64,000 nucleotides of DNA from assembly GCA_024679065.1 (NCBI GenBank), contig JAGIQG010000001.1, positions 117,986,001 to 118,050,000 of the forward strand, read 5' to 3'. How positions within the stretch are numbered: the stretch's first letter is position 1; every line of letters starts with the position of its first letter. A program made the translations under genes and the position numbers. Shown piece after piece: positions 37,642-50,185 of the stretch. Under the pieces are notes generated by a model. That model searched no databases. It saw nothing but the letters and a program-made list of their open reading frames with translations, and had not been told where the DNA came from. The stretch is from Sphyrna mokarran (Eukaryota).

Positions 37642-40600
37642 TGTTGTTCGTCCATCGTCATTGATGAGGACCTTGACACCATTAGTCATTTTGAGGCTGG
37701 TTGCGGTGTGTCCGAAGATGATTGATCAGGCCAATTTGGACATGGAATGTCCTGGCACATATTGGACAGACTTGTGTAAATACTGCAATTGTTGTGCTGG
37801 TGACTCTGGACTTGCGCTGCCCATGTTTAAATTGTGCTTTAGCAATACACAGTGCTTCGAGAGCTTGACATCCTTTGTGGATGGGGCAGCGCCGGGTAGG
37901 ACAGTTTTGTGCCAGCATTTCCCAGGTAGTCATGTCAATGTCAAGTGACTTCAGGGAGACCTTGAGTGTGTCTCTGAAACATTTCTTCTGCCGTCCATGT
38001 GAGCGTCTTCTAGCACAAAGTTCCCCATAAAGGAGCTGCTTGGGTATGTGCTCATCTGACATATGGATAACATGACCTGCTCACCGGGTCTGCACGCTAA
38101 TCAGCAGTGTGTGGATTGATGGTGGACTTGCTTTAGAGAGAACTTCAGTGTCTGGTACTTTGTCTTGCCAGTGGATGCGTAATATTCTGTGAAGTCATGT
38201 GAAAATGATTGAGCTGTCTTGCATGCCTTCGATACACAGTCCATGTTTCACAGACATACAGGAGGGTAGTGAGTACTGCGGTGCTGTAGACATTCAGTTT
38301 TGTTGCTGGGCTGATTCCTCAATGTTCCCATTTGGTGGAGTGCAGTCGACCGAAAGCAGAACTTGCCTTTGCTATTCTGCAGTTAACTTCTGCATCAATA
38401 GTCATTGCTTGGTTGAGGGTGTTGCCAAAATAAGTAGTCCACTGCCTGTAGTTCCCACCCTATGATTGTGATTATGGATTCTGTATACAGTGAATTAAGG
38501 AGCAGGCTGGTGCATAATTTTGGTCTTTTTAATGTTGATGGTGAGTCCAAAGTTGTCATAAGCCATGGAAAATTTGTCTATAGTGACTTGCATCTCTGGC
38601 TCAGAGCCAGCATGATGTAGAGATGCCGGCGTTGGACTGGGGTAAACATAGTAAGAAGTCTGACAACACCAGGTTTAAATCCAACCGATTTATTTGATAG
38701 TATCAAATAAATTGGTTGGATCAGAGCCAGCATACAGGGCGCAGTCATCAGCAAAGAGGAAAGCTCTCAGAATAGTCTCTTTCACTTTGGTAATAGCTTG
38801 AAGTCTTCTCTGGTTGAAGAGCCTTCCATCCACTCTGTACTTGAAACTGATTCCAGCACGCTATCCTGGAAGGCATCATTCAGCATGGCAGTAAGCACCA
38901 TGCTGAACAGTGTGGGTGTGAGCACACAGCCTGTTTAACATCACTGGTGACTGGGAATGCCTCAGATGATTCTCCACCATCCAGTACTCTGACCATCATG
39001 CCATCATGGAATTGGAGTATCATCTGAATGAATTTGGGAAGACAGCTGAACTTTGACACGATCCTCCACAGGCCGTGATGGCTTAGTGCCAAAGGCTTTT
39101 GCGAGGTCAACAAAGATTGTGTAGAGCTTGTGATTCTGCTCCTGACACTTCTCCTGAAGTTGGCGTGCAGCAAAAATCATGTCAGTAGTCCCAAGACCTT
39201 TGCAGAAGCCACACTGTGACTCTGGAAGCAGACCCAGCTCCAGATGAGTGACCATTCGATTTAGCAAGACTCTTGTGAAGGGTTTTCCTATGATGTAGGG
39301 CAGCGAGTTTCCTCTGTGGTTGTCACATACTTACTGATTGCCCTTCCTCTTATAGAAGTGTACAATGGAAGCATCTTTAAGTTCCTGAGAAGTGGATCCT
39401 TGCTTCCAAAAGGACTGAACAACTCGGTGAGTTCTCAATAAGTGCATGACCAGCAGCTTTATAGATCTCTGTGGGTATGACATCTGCCCCTGGGACTTTG
39501 CCACTGGATAGCTGGCTGACAGCTTTCATGACTTCAGCTACTACTGGTGGGTCATCCATGGCGCTGTTGATATCAACCTGGGGAATCCTGTCTATTGCCT
39601 TATAATTAATAGATGATGGTCAGTTGAGGACAGCTTCAAAGTGTTCAGCCCATCTCTGCAGGATCTGAGCCTTCTCTGCAATGAGAGTTGTACCATCTAT
39701 ACTCAAAGGGGCAACTCCCGAGAGATTGAGGGTTGTAAAGAATGTTGAGGGCTTCATAGAACCATTACAAGTTGTTTCTGTCAGCGTATCTCCATATCTC
39801 ATCTACCCTGGCGCTCAGCCAGGCATCCTATATTTTACGCAGTTTATTCTGGACTGTCCTTCGAGCACTGGTAAAAGCATTTCTCTTGGCAGCTGAAGAT
39901 GGGTCATTCTGACAGGCCCGATGAAGGTATGCTTTTCACTCAGTAGAACCTGTATCTTCTCATTATTCTCATTGAAGCAATCATGCTGTTTGCGGGTAGA
40001 GAGCCCAAGCATCTCCAGCTCAGATGTATAGATAGCATCCCTGAAGTGTTCCCAGTCATCCTCAGCACTGCCTGCAAAGTGTAGGTCAGCAAGCTTGATT
40101 TCTAGGTTTTCAGCCAGTGCTGAAGCTATGCTGGGGTTCTTTAGCTTGGCTGCATTAATTTTTTTCATAACCTTACTTCCTTGTAGTCGCCTCTTGGGTC
40201 TAATGCGGAGCTTCATTTTGGAGAAAATGAGCTGTGATCTGTTCATCAGTCAGCACCATACATGGCCTTGGTTACTCTGACATCCTGCCTTTCTTTTCTC
40301 TTGACAATGACAAAGTCGATAAGATGCCAATGCTTAGAGCGGAGGTGCACCCAGGAGGTTGTGTTACGAGTAGGCAGACGGAAGGTTGTGTTGGTGATGA
40401 GAAGGTCGTGCTGCACAGGTCTTCATTAAGAAGACCTGTTACTGTTACACTTTCCCACTCTATGCCTCCCAATGACTCCTTGCCAGATTGCAGAGTCACA
40501 CCCTACTCTTGCATTGAAATCGCCAAGCAAGATCAGCTTATCGATACTGCTCACTGCTGATAGTAGGGCATATAGTTCTTTGTAGAACTTGTCTTTTATC

Positions 40601-41429
40601 TCATCCGGGTTGTTCATTGTGGGGGCATAGGTGCTGATCAAGGTGGCTTGACTTCTGTTCTGTAGCGGATGATGTAATGTCATAAGCCGGTCGTTCACAC
40701 CCTTGGGTAGACTATCAAGTTTCCAAACTCCCATCAGGTGAATCAACTCCAGCATCACGACGCTCATCGCTGCCGCAACCGCTCCAAAAAAAAGTGTATC
40801 CAGCTCCAGTTTCAGTCAACTGACCTACGTTGGCAAGATGAGTTTCACTTAGGGTTGCAATATCAATGTTGTATCTTGCAAGCTCTCTGACAACTAAGGC
40901 TGTTCTTCGCTTGGTCTGTCTGCTGTAGAGTTGTCCAAAAGCGTGCGCACGTTCCAAGTGTCAGTGGTGAGTGGTGTCACCTTGTGTTTTTTTTGTTTGT
41001 TCGACTGCAAGATGGGATCCCTGTCAGCCACAGTAAACTGGACAGGGTGTAGTGAAGCAGACAATGTTTACAGTACCTTTTCTAGCCCCTTCCTTATTCT
41101 ATAGAGGTGAGCAGTGCGTTCCTGAAGAGTATTGTTCAGTTGCCCAGCTAGATGCCAAGTTCCACTGCTGCTTCAGTCAGCAGAAAAGATCATTAGACCT
41201 GAGCTGCCTGCGTGCAAGTCCGTGACTACAGCTCCCAGTGTATCCACACCTGCTGCTTCATTGCTTGCCCATCACTACAGGACTTCAAGGGTTGTACAGG
41301 ACACTGATGATGATGATGATGGTGTCAAAACTAGCGCTTGATTTGGATTAAAGTAAGGGAGAGTTGCACAGGGTCAGTCTCACTCTGTCTTCGTAATTCC
41401 TATCTAGATCCAGTGGCAAGACAAGAGTC
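37642..41429 (-). mobile_element. RTE-clade LINE, near full length (~3.8 kb), disrupted by frameshifts and stops
   Basis: APE N-terminus RRTALVVRELARYNIDIATLSETH..GYTFFWSG, YAPT, LGDFNARVG. RT motifs PESQCGF..TTDMIFAARQLQEKC..FVDLAKAF and FADD. C-terminal CPICARTF..GLINHLRTH. 3' end gatggacgaacaaca. 11-bp TSD aatcacgtaca (37631-41) / aatcatgtaca (41430-40). Confidence 0.93.
38614..38720. mobile_element. 107-bp Penelope-like fragment with terminal hairpin, inserted in the RTE RT
   Basis: Exact 13-bp direct repeat tcagagccagcat at 38601-13 and 38721-33; 21-bp inverted repeat at the right end. Confidence 0.75.
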
Positions 41430-43002
41430 AATCATGTACACTCATTACCCCTGTGCTCTGACATATATTGGCTCCTGTAAGATAATCCTTCAATTTTAAT
41501 ATTTCCATCTTTGCTTTAAATCCGTCTGAGGCCTCGTCCCTCCTATCAATACAATAGCTTTCACTCCATAACCTTCCAACATATCAACATTCTCCAATTG
41601 CGGCCTTTTCAGCAGCTCTAATTTTAACTGCAATTGGCAGTTCTATTATCAGCTTCCAAAGCTCTGCGTTTCAAAATTCCCTTCTTCAATTTCCTCATCT
41701 CTTTTTTGACTTTTCCTCTCTTAAGATGCTTCTTAAAATGTAAGATTTGGGCAAGCTTATATTCATCTACCCTAAAATCTCCTTAGGAGGGTTGGAGTCA
41801 AGTTGTTAATGTTCCAAGTAGCACCTTAGGATGATTTTCTACATTAGAGGTGAACAATATTGCAAGTTGTTGTTGTTGAATCCATAATCAACTTTGCCTC
41901 AGACAAAGAGCACCAGTATCTACCTGTTGACATTGTTTGTAGTGAGCTTCTGCATTCTGATCACTAATTTTCATAAATAGTGATGCACAGATCATTTCAG
42001 GACATGATGTGCATGGTTCCCATTAAATTTTCTTCTCAATTTTTCATTTCTTTGGTTCTCCTAAAGGCACTTAATAATGCCTGCATACTGTTCCAATGCT
42101 ATCAATGGCCCTCAAACGCTTGCTCAAGTGATTATTCTTTATATGTAAATTCATACAATGGGTACTGATAATGTACTTCAGTCAGGCATCTTTCAAGGTA
42201 AGCCGAATAACATTTTTTTTCATGTACGTTTTGTTGCAGCAGTCAATGATCAGGAGACATCTTAATTGCTGTCCCAGCTGAGGTCAGCTAACTCAGTGCA
42301 AACCAGAGACTAAACCTTGAATCGTATTGGAATAGGCAATGGATTGTGCAGTTACTCGGAAGGATTAAGTTTATGGTTAATATGTTTCCATTTTAATACT
42401 TGGTAACATGAAAATCTACACGCCTACAAGCCCACCAACCTTTAATTATGTGACAATTCTGTGCAAAGAAATTTTACACACTCAGTAATAAATAATCCAC
42501 CAGAGAAATTTACGCCATATCCAGCTTGGACTGTGCTTTTGCACCAAAACGAAAAGTGATTCTGGAAACTTTCTATCATTATTACTATTTTATTATCAGA
42601 AACATTGTTCATCAGCTAGATAATATGAAAATTATATGAAAATTATATATCCTTTTAAGTTGACAAAAATGGCAGGAAAACTGATTCAACATGATTTTTC
42701 TAGCAAAATATCCTTGGCAAAAGTATCAGAGGTGCAACAAAAGACATGAGAGTTAGACCAATGAAAAAAATCTAATAATATAGTTTACAATCTCTCATCC
42801 TCATTCTGGAGCATAAAAAGCAAAACATTCTAATAGTTATGAACATCACTTTACATTAAAGATTCTAGATTAGATTTTTAACAATGGAATTGCATTTAAA
42901 AATCATAATTATCACTTCAAAGAAAGAATTATAATCACAGTTCTGATATGGCAATGGTCATATCATTGTTCATAGTATTGTACAGAGAAACACATTCCTC
43001 AC

Positions 43003-43075
43003 CTTCTTCATCTGATACATCCAAAATCTCAGTCATTGTCTCAGGTACATTGAGCTTGTGTTTTTCAGTTACAGT
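43003..43075 (-). CDS. ANK2: ANK2 exon, 73 nt, start of linker ([25 protein letters not shown])
   Basis: Acceptor tattattacag, donor GAAG|gtgagg, phase 0-1; ORF 42935..43159. Confidence 0.95.
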
Positions 43076-46000
43076 CTGTAATAATATACAACAACATGTT
43101 AACTGTTTGCAGGAAAACCACTGGATGGCAATATACCAGCCTGGCAGCCTCAGTTTCATTAATACTGTATCTATTTTGAAAGTTCAGCTGAAGTGCAGCC
43201 TAACTCATTTACATCAATCAGGCACCATAATTCATAATTTAACAAATAATTCTTACCAGTATGCTCAGGGGATAATTGCTTCTTTGTTTTTTCACTTTCT
43301 TCACTTCGCAAATCTGCTATGAACCTTGAACTACTTTTCCCTAGTTGCAATAACAATGAAAATCCAATAACAGCAATCCCAATAACAATGAAAATCTGAT
43401 TGTTATGGGGATTTGCCCTGTTCCCTCAGATGTCACAAAATATATTTTGGGTAGATGGAGGCTCAGTTCCAAATGGACTTCAATAGAAACTCATTGCTTT
43501 GCTCAGGCAATCCCAATGGTCAGTCATGCTGCAGCCTTGCCTGATTTATGACCTCTCAGGTTCAGGATGCTTATCATACTAAATACAATCTCAAAATTAC
43601 TGTTTCTCAAGTTGTTCATCTCTTCACTGGGACCAAGCTACAATTTGATTTAAACAAATTGCAATATTAATTAGATTAACCTGAATCTATACACAGCCAA
43701 TTTCATTATTTTATTCAATTGAATTTCAAATACTTGAAGGGTTGTTTGACAGACAGACATGCAGATCAGATGTTACCTAACATATGATGTCAGAAGAAAA
43801 GCATAAAGTAATTATTGAGAAGAAAAGTCAATTTTTAGTGATAATCTCATATCCACCAGAATGAATATTCTCCGTCAGGTATTTTGACTTGTTTGTGATC
43901 AAGTGGCTCATCCTTTACATTTATATTTTGTTTTGCTATTTATCTCAAAATCCATAATTCATCCTCTTATTTACCTTGGTATAAGGTCCAACAGCAAGTG
44001 AACATCAATAAATGCAGAATATAATAGCAGTCATACTTCTGTATGATTTCCTTTTCACTGGACTACTTTGCTCACCACCATGGTGCATCACACAAGATAG
44101 AACATTTTGCAAAATTAGTATATGTCTAGGATGCAACTTCCCAAACAGATGTATTGACTAAAAAAGGAAAGTAATTAGTTTACTGATTATAGCTACTGAT
44201 CCATTTACCAAATTCCTGAAATGGATTGGAACATATGGCTGCACTGTTGGGTCTACTGTTCTGTATGAAAGCAGGTAACATTCATTTAACCTTAACGTAT
44301 GCTTAACTTAATTTTAATCAATTGTCTGTTAACAATTGGATTCCATGATACTCAAGGTGTGATCTGACTAGTGTGCATGTGTATGTGTTTGAGAGCATGG
44401 CTTTCTCAAATTTAAACTATTGTTTGGGCTGAAAATTTTGAGATTCTATTGGTTTTGTTGATGGCTTGGACATGTTGAACATCAGGGTTATGAAAAACTC
44501 TTGTGTCTTTTTCAATTTAAATCTTAGGTATTCCTTGAAGGAACAATTTTTTTGTTTTTTTTTTCCTATGTGCAGCACTTTATACCTATTTGTGCAAATT
44601 AAATCTGCCATTGTCCATCAACTTTGGTATTTTATCCAATTTAATTTCTGGTTATCTCCTCCAATTCCACTGATTCTTTAGATTAGTACCTTAAGCATAT
44701 TTGATCAATCTCATTGAATTTCTGAATCTAAGTCATTGATGCAAGGTGAAAACAGTTGTGGCTCCACTATCAGTCGCTGGGTCACTTCCATTCTAAACTA
44801 GTGCCTATTTTCTTGCAATCCTCAACCAATTTCTTAACCTTTGCCGTGAATTACATGGAATCCATATTGTTACGAGCTTCAACAATAGCCTTTCACATGA
44901 AATGTCATAAATTGCCTTTTGTCTGTATACCATGCTGTAAGACTTTTGAAATGACTATTGGATTATGACATTCTCATAAAAGCCTAGATGGATAGTTGGG
45001 CAACAATTTTTACCTTTTGAATTCATGTTGACTGGGGGTTATTAATTACTGATGTATAGTTATTCTTCAACATCACTTTTGAAAATAAATTCCATCATTT
45101 TACTCAGAACTGGGTAAGATTAGAGATCTGTAGTTACATGCATTTGCTTTATTTTGCTTTTTGAATATGACATGTTAGTGTGCTTCCAATTAACTAGTAC
45201 CTCCTCCCAGAATACAATAACTACTGACCCTGGGAATTCATTTGTTTTAAGCCCTTTTGTCTAACGTTTCTATCTTGCTTACATGGAAGGGAAAGATTTT
45301 ATTTCAGTTTTTCATTCTGTCATGGGATCTGTGCATCACTGGCTAGGCCAATATTTATTACCCATCCCTAATGTTGGGTGAAGCATGTTATTCATGTCTT
45401 GTGAATACTTGAAGGAAGTAATGATACAACAATATGTACTACAGTGTATTTATCCTTTGTTTCACACCCATTTGTATCTTTTATAGTTCTCACCTCGCAC
45501 TGTACTAGAAGAATATAATTATATAGTTACTCGACAGATATGCCTTTTCTAGGTCTCCCTTTGCCCTGCCATCTCATTTCTGCATGCTTCTATACCATTA
45601 TCCACTGTTAGGATGGCGTGAAATCCTGATTCATGTAATTATTGTACACATTCAGCATTATTCCACCTAGCTGCCACGGAAGTGTACCAACTTCACTCAA
45701 TTTGTTTCAAATCTGTCTCTCATTCAGCACACTGGAAGTTAGATATACATATCTGGCTCCTCCATTCTTGCACTTCAGGATCCCAGCTCCAGTTCATATT
45801 GAACTGTAATTCTGTGGTCACTATCCTCCAAGGCTGCTTCAACTTCAATCTCCTTTATGTTATCAAGCTTATTTACAAACTCCAGCTTAAGATGAGCGCT
45901 GTGTCTTAAGGGGTGATTTGTGGTGTATTACATTAATCTGACTCAAAGCCATTTGGGTTTTCCCAAGTACAGTTGTAGCTTGGAGCTAACTATTAAAATA

Positions 46001-46784
46001 ACTATTACGTTCTCACATATTCAATCTCTTACTTCAGAACAAACTGTTTTCTTTTTATGCCCACTCAATAGTCTGTAGTATATTCCTTTTATTTAATGTC
46101 AAGATGTCTATCCAGGATTATTAAGTGTGTATCTTTCGGCAATGTGGTCAGCCACTGTTATTGTTTCATTGCAATTGTGGCCTCTCCACTGAAATGCCCT
46201 GAGTGGGGTGAGTGTCTGACATTCATATGGAAGTCAAGAAGTGACTCTTTAGAACCATTTTTAGGAAACATTGTGCAATTTCAGCTACATGTTGTCTCTG
46301 ACAACCAATTGAAGTGCAAATTATTGGTTTTGGTTCAATAAACATGCAGTAAATTAACCGCATTCAATCTTCTTTCTTTGCATCAACTTAAGCCAAGAGT
46401 TCTGCTGCTTTAAGCTGTGAGGCAGTCAGGGAGATGTTTTACTTCATTAATAATACATGCCACGAACTATATATAAACTTACATTAAGTCAGTCCTGTAA
46501 GAAAATTCTAATTCTCTCCATATATTGCAAGTTGAATCTCATCACAGATATCTCATCAGCAAATATTTATATATCGAAAAGAAAAACCTTATGTCTCTAA
46601 TCTAGTGTTGTATGTTGTTAAATAATTTAATAGTTAAATTCATGACAGAGCAAAGGTTTAAAGTTTTCATTTTAGAACCTTCACTGCAAAAAACAGCAAC
46701 ATAAAATCACATTTATTCTTAAAATGCCAAGAAAAAATTCTCAAATAGCCCCAGATGAGATTTTGTCTTCAGGGAAGTACTCAC

Positions 46785-46883
46785 AGTTGTAGTGGTGGTG
46801 ACCTCTTCTGTGACAACCTTCAAGGTATCAACTACAGAGATATATCCAAGACGTTTGGCAATTGCTAAGGCTGTGTTGCCATT
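46785..46883 (-). CDS. ANK2: ANK2 exon, 99 nt, last ANK repeat ([33 protein letters not shown])
   Basis: Acceptor ctctgctttgcag, donor ACT|gtgagt; ORF 46719..46952. Confidence 0.96.
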
Positions 46884-47328
46884 CTGCAAAGCAGAGAGTT
46901 GGATTAATTTATTAGATTCGCCCGGACTCTGTGTGAGCTGTTGCCCTGCCAACAGTGATTACCAAATCTAAAAGGATTCGATCTGAGACTTTCCATTCAC
47001 CATATCCACTTGAATTATGCAGGCTAGAACTTGATACTTCATAATACTTCCATTAATTTGGACAGATGACTATTAGTAATACCTAAATAACAGTGAAATC
47101 ATTTTGCAGTCCTTTTATTACAAGTGCTAACTGTAATTTAACAAACGTGATGCAAGATATTTTGTTTTAAAAAGCAGCTTACACAGAAAATGATGCTAAA
47201 ATCAATAGATTGTGACCTTTTGAGATGTCAGCAGCAATTAGCATTCGTATCACTGATCCTTACTGAGGCATAAGCCTTCTGCACATGCAGTCTTCCAGTT
47301 ACTCTATCAAGCAAAGAGATAGACTTAC

Positions 47329-47427
47329 TGCAGTGATGGCATTGGCTCTGGCTCCGTGTTGAAGAAGGACATTGATGATGTGGGTGTGTCCCTGTTGTGC
47401 TGCCTGATGCAAAGGTGTATAGCCATT
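47329..47427 (-). CDS. ANK2: ANK2 exon, 99 nt, one ANK repeat ([33 protein letters not shown])
   Basis: Manual translation. Acceptor gtattcag, donor GCA|gtaagt, phase 0-0. Confidence 0.96.
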
Positions 47428-49275
47428 CTGAATACGCAGCCAGATTCATTCATGAGCATTTGGAAGGAAAGAAGTAGCACAAAAGAGAAATTAGCATAGA
47501 ACTGCAAGAGTAGATTGAGGAAATTCTCTCAATGTTGAGACAGAGTTCCTGAAACACATTAGAGATCCTCTTCAAACTCCTTCTCAAAATATGGGGATCA
47601 CTACTAGGCCAGTTTTTATTGTTCATTTTATATTTGTCCATGAGGTAATAATGGACAGCTAGTATGAGGCACATGCTGTCACTCAGTCTACCTGGGTAAA
47701 TTGTAACACTGCAACTTTTACAATCTAACAATTCTAAAATTTCTCCTGATTTCCCTATTGGATTTATAAATAATATCTTGTATTTATGGACAATAGTTTT
47801 TGATTCTTCTGCAAGTAGGAACTTCTCTCCTAGGAGTAAGTCTCATGGCAGAATGGTGGGGGGTGGGAACATTGTGCTTGTTCACAGTAAATTAATGTCA
47901 CAGGTATCATTAAATATTCTTGGGCGGGGAGGGGGAGGTGATCTTTCACACGGTAGCAAGAACTTGTGCCCTGCCATCTTAAAAAGTTGGACAAGCTGAC
48001 CCCCATTGAGAAAGGACTTCCCTAGGAAAAGAAAAGAAAAGAAACTTCCAGGAACACTCAAGTGGAAAAATGAAGCTTCTTGATGACACTGAAGTTGGAA
48101 GATCCACTTGATAGACACTACTCCCCTACCCACTCTTTCAAGTTCCCAAGTCTACGATGTCTAGACATTTTCATTCTGAGCTCCAGAGGCAACTGGAAGC
48201 CTTCTTCAGGTTAAGTATTTATATGTACACACCATGTTGACGCAGGCATGTTCTGGACTACTGTGATTTCCAGGTGGCAGGTTAACGATCAAACAGAGGG
48301 GTGATTCCAGTCAGGCCTTTATCTGAATCCACCAGTGGAGCGCCTGTTACATTGTCCCTTCAACCCACCATTAAATCTGCTGTAGAGGGGTCATAGCAAA
48401 ATTCTGCCTAGGGTACATATTAATAATAATACAGAAGTTCTATTTCAATGCCAAAGAATCCTTGAATCTTCAGGGATATCAAACATTTCTTTCCATACTT
48501 TCTGGACTTTTTCCTTGCTTCCCTTCCCAAATGATTTGATCTTATTGTTTCTAAGTGCTACAGACAGGGAAGTTAAACCTGCTACTAGTCTATTACACAT
48601 ACATTGCATTCCCAACAAAGAGAAGTTTACTGCAGCCTGTAAAACTCGATTTGTTCAAAGTCTCCACTGTTCAGCTCCATTATAGCTTTGCTGATAACAA
48701 AGCATCCCATGCCAGCCTACAAGAAAATCTAACCTCTACTGTTTGATTAAATACCCACTCTCTCCATACCTGGCACATTGTGGCTCCAGTACATTCCGTG
48801 TAAACATGCTACTAGCTATAATATCACAGCACTTCTAGCTCTGTAAGCTTGAACACCAATAGAAGAAAAGGCTAAAATATCTTGTGCAGGATTACAAACC
48901 CCTCCCCCCTTCCCCCACCATTCTGGATTTCCAGCTGTTCCAAAAATCCATAGAGTTTTGGCTATGACAAGTCCAACCATGATGGGTCTGGAAAACCTAG
49001 TCTATGGGAACAGCATCACATCCAAGTTTCCCTCCAAATCACACACAATTCTGAATTGCACCTTTAGTCTTATTCTTCACTACAGCTGTATTAAAATCCT
49101 GACATTTCTAATCTCATGTCATGACAAGAAGAGCATTATCACAAGACAGGAATCAAGGAACAGGGCAACCATCAAATTTTCAGGGCAACTAGGGATTGTG
49201 GATAAGTGATAATAAATAAATGGGGCCTTACATCTTAAAAACTGAATGTGAACTAAAAGTCACTCTTTTTTTTAC

Positions 49276-49374
49276 CTTGGTTTTGGCATTAACATTGGAA
49301 CCATGTTGCAAGAGGAAATTGACCATCTTTACGTTTCCATAGTGACAAGCCACAATCAGTGGTGTATAGCCAAC
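49276..49374 (-). CDS. ANK2: ANK2 exon, 99 nt, one ANK repeat ([33 protein letters not shown])
   Basis: Acceptor ttctttcttcag-type pyrimidine tract ending cag, donor AAG|gtaaaa. The PLIVACHYG variant is ANK2-like; ORF 49228..49413. Confidence 0.96.
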
Positions 49375-49756
49375 CTGAAAGAAAGAAGCTTTGATCAGAA
49401 CAAATAAAGCCAATTATATGCCTGCAGAAATTCTGAAATATTATAAAAATGGCAAGAAATGAAAACAGAAAAATGAATAATTTGCTGTCAAACTGTATTT
49501 GCTCATTCTTATCATGTGATCCAATTCAATTAAAAATTCAACTTATGGTCTAATTTCCAAAATATTTGAGAGTTTGTGAACATTGGACAAGAAAAGAATG
49601 GAGCTCAGCAATCATGTTCTCAGGCCACTCTCTGCCAAGCCTCATACAGGAAGATTGATCATTTGCATGTGGTGCCAGAGAATGATAGACACAAATGAAA
49701 CCCAGTATTCAGGGGGAGAAAGAAATTAAGACCAAAAGAAAGAAAAACTAGCTTTC

Positions 49757-49950
49757 AAAGTTTAAAGTTTATTTATTAGTCGCAAGTAAGGTTTACACTA
49801 ACATTGCAATGAAGTTACTGTGAAATTCCCCTAGTCACCACACTGCGGCACCTTTTTGAGTCAATGCACCTAACCAGCACGTCTTTCAGACTGTGGGAGC
49901 AAATTGAAGCACCCGGAGGAAACCCACGCAGATATGGGGAGAATATGCAT
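49757..49950 (-). mobile_element. 5'-truncated V-SINE with alternative tail
   Basis: Close match to 12679-12860 (aaagtttatttattagtc..cattgcaatgaagttactgtgaaattccccta..gaggaaacccacgcaga). Confidence 0.8.
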
Positions 49951-50086
49951 CTACATAAAATACATATTATACAGGTTCACAAATTCACTGACTGCTACAA
50001 ATTCATGCAAAGTATCTATTACAACCTGTGAAATAGAACAAAGCTAGAACAAAACTACTAAGAAAAGAAATTTAATGCTGCAATAC

Positions 50087-50185
50087 CTTGGTCTGTGCAT
50101 CAAGGTTAGCGCCTCGTTTTACCAGGATTTCTGCGACATTAACTTTGTCCTCCTGAGCTGCCAGGTGTAGTGCTGACAATCCACT
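50087..50185 (-). CDS. ANK2: ANK2 exon, 99 nt, one ANK repeat ([33 protein letters not shown])
   Basis: Manual translation (not in ORF track). Acceptor ctgtcattag, donor AAG|gtattg, phase 0-0. Confidence 0.95.

Larger units (their letters stand above)
37400..41880 (+). mobile_element. L2 LINE 3' fragment (37400-37641 and 41430-41880) split by the RTE insertion
   Basis: Joining the flanks restores the L2 3' region (..ctgctgcccat..actcataccaaatc|acactcattacccctgtgctctgac..attggctcc), ending gcaagttgttgttgttg. Confidence 0.6.

Noticed and set aside
43348-43398. Short local duplications (aataacaatgaaaatc twice; similar cases near 9005, 10845, 42622, 61890)
   Set aside because: Ordinary slippage or repair duplications; only two units with no regular spacers, so not CRISPR-like.
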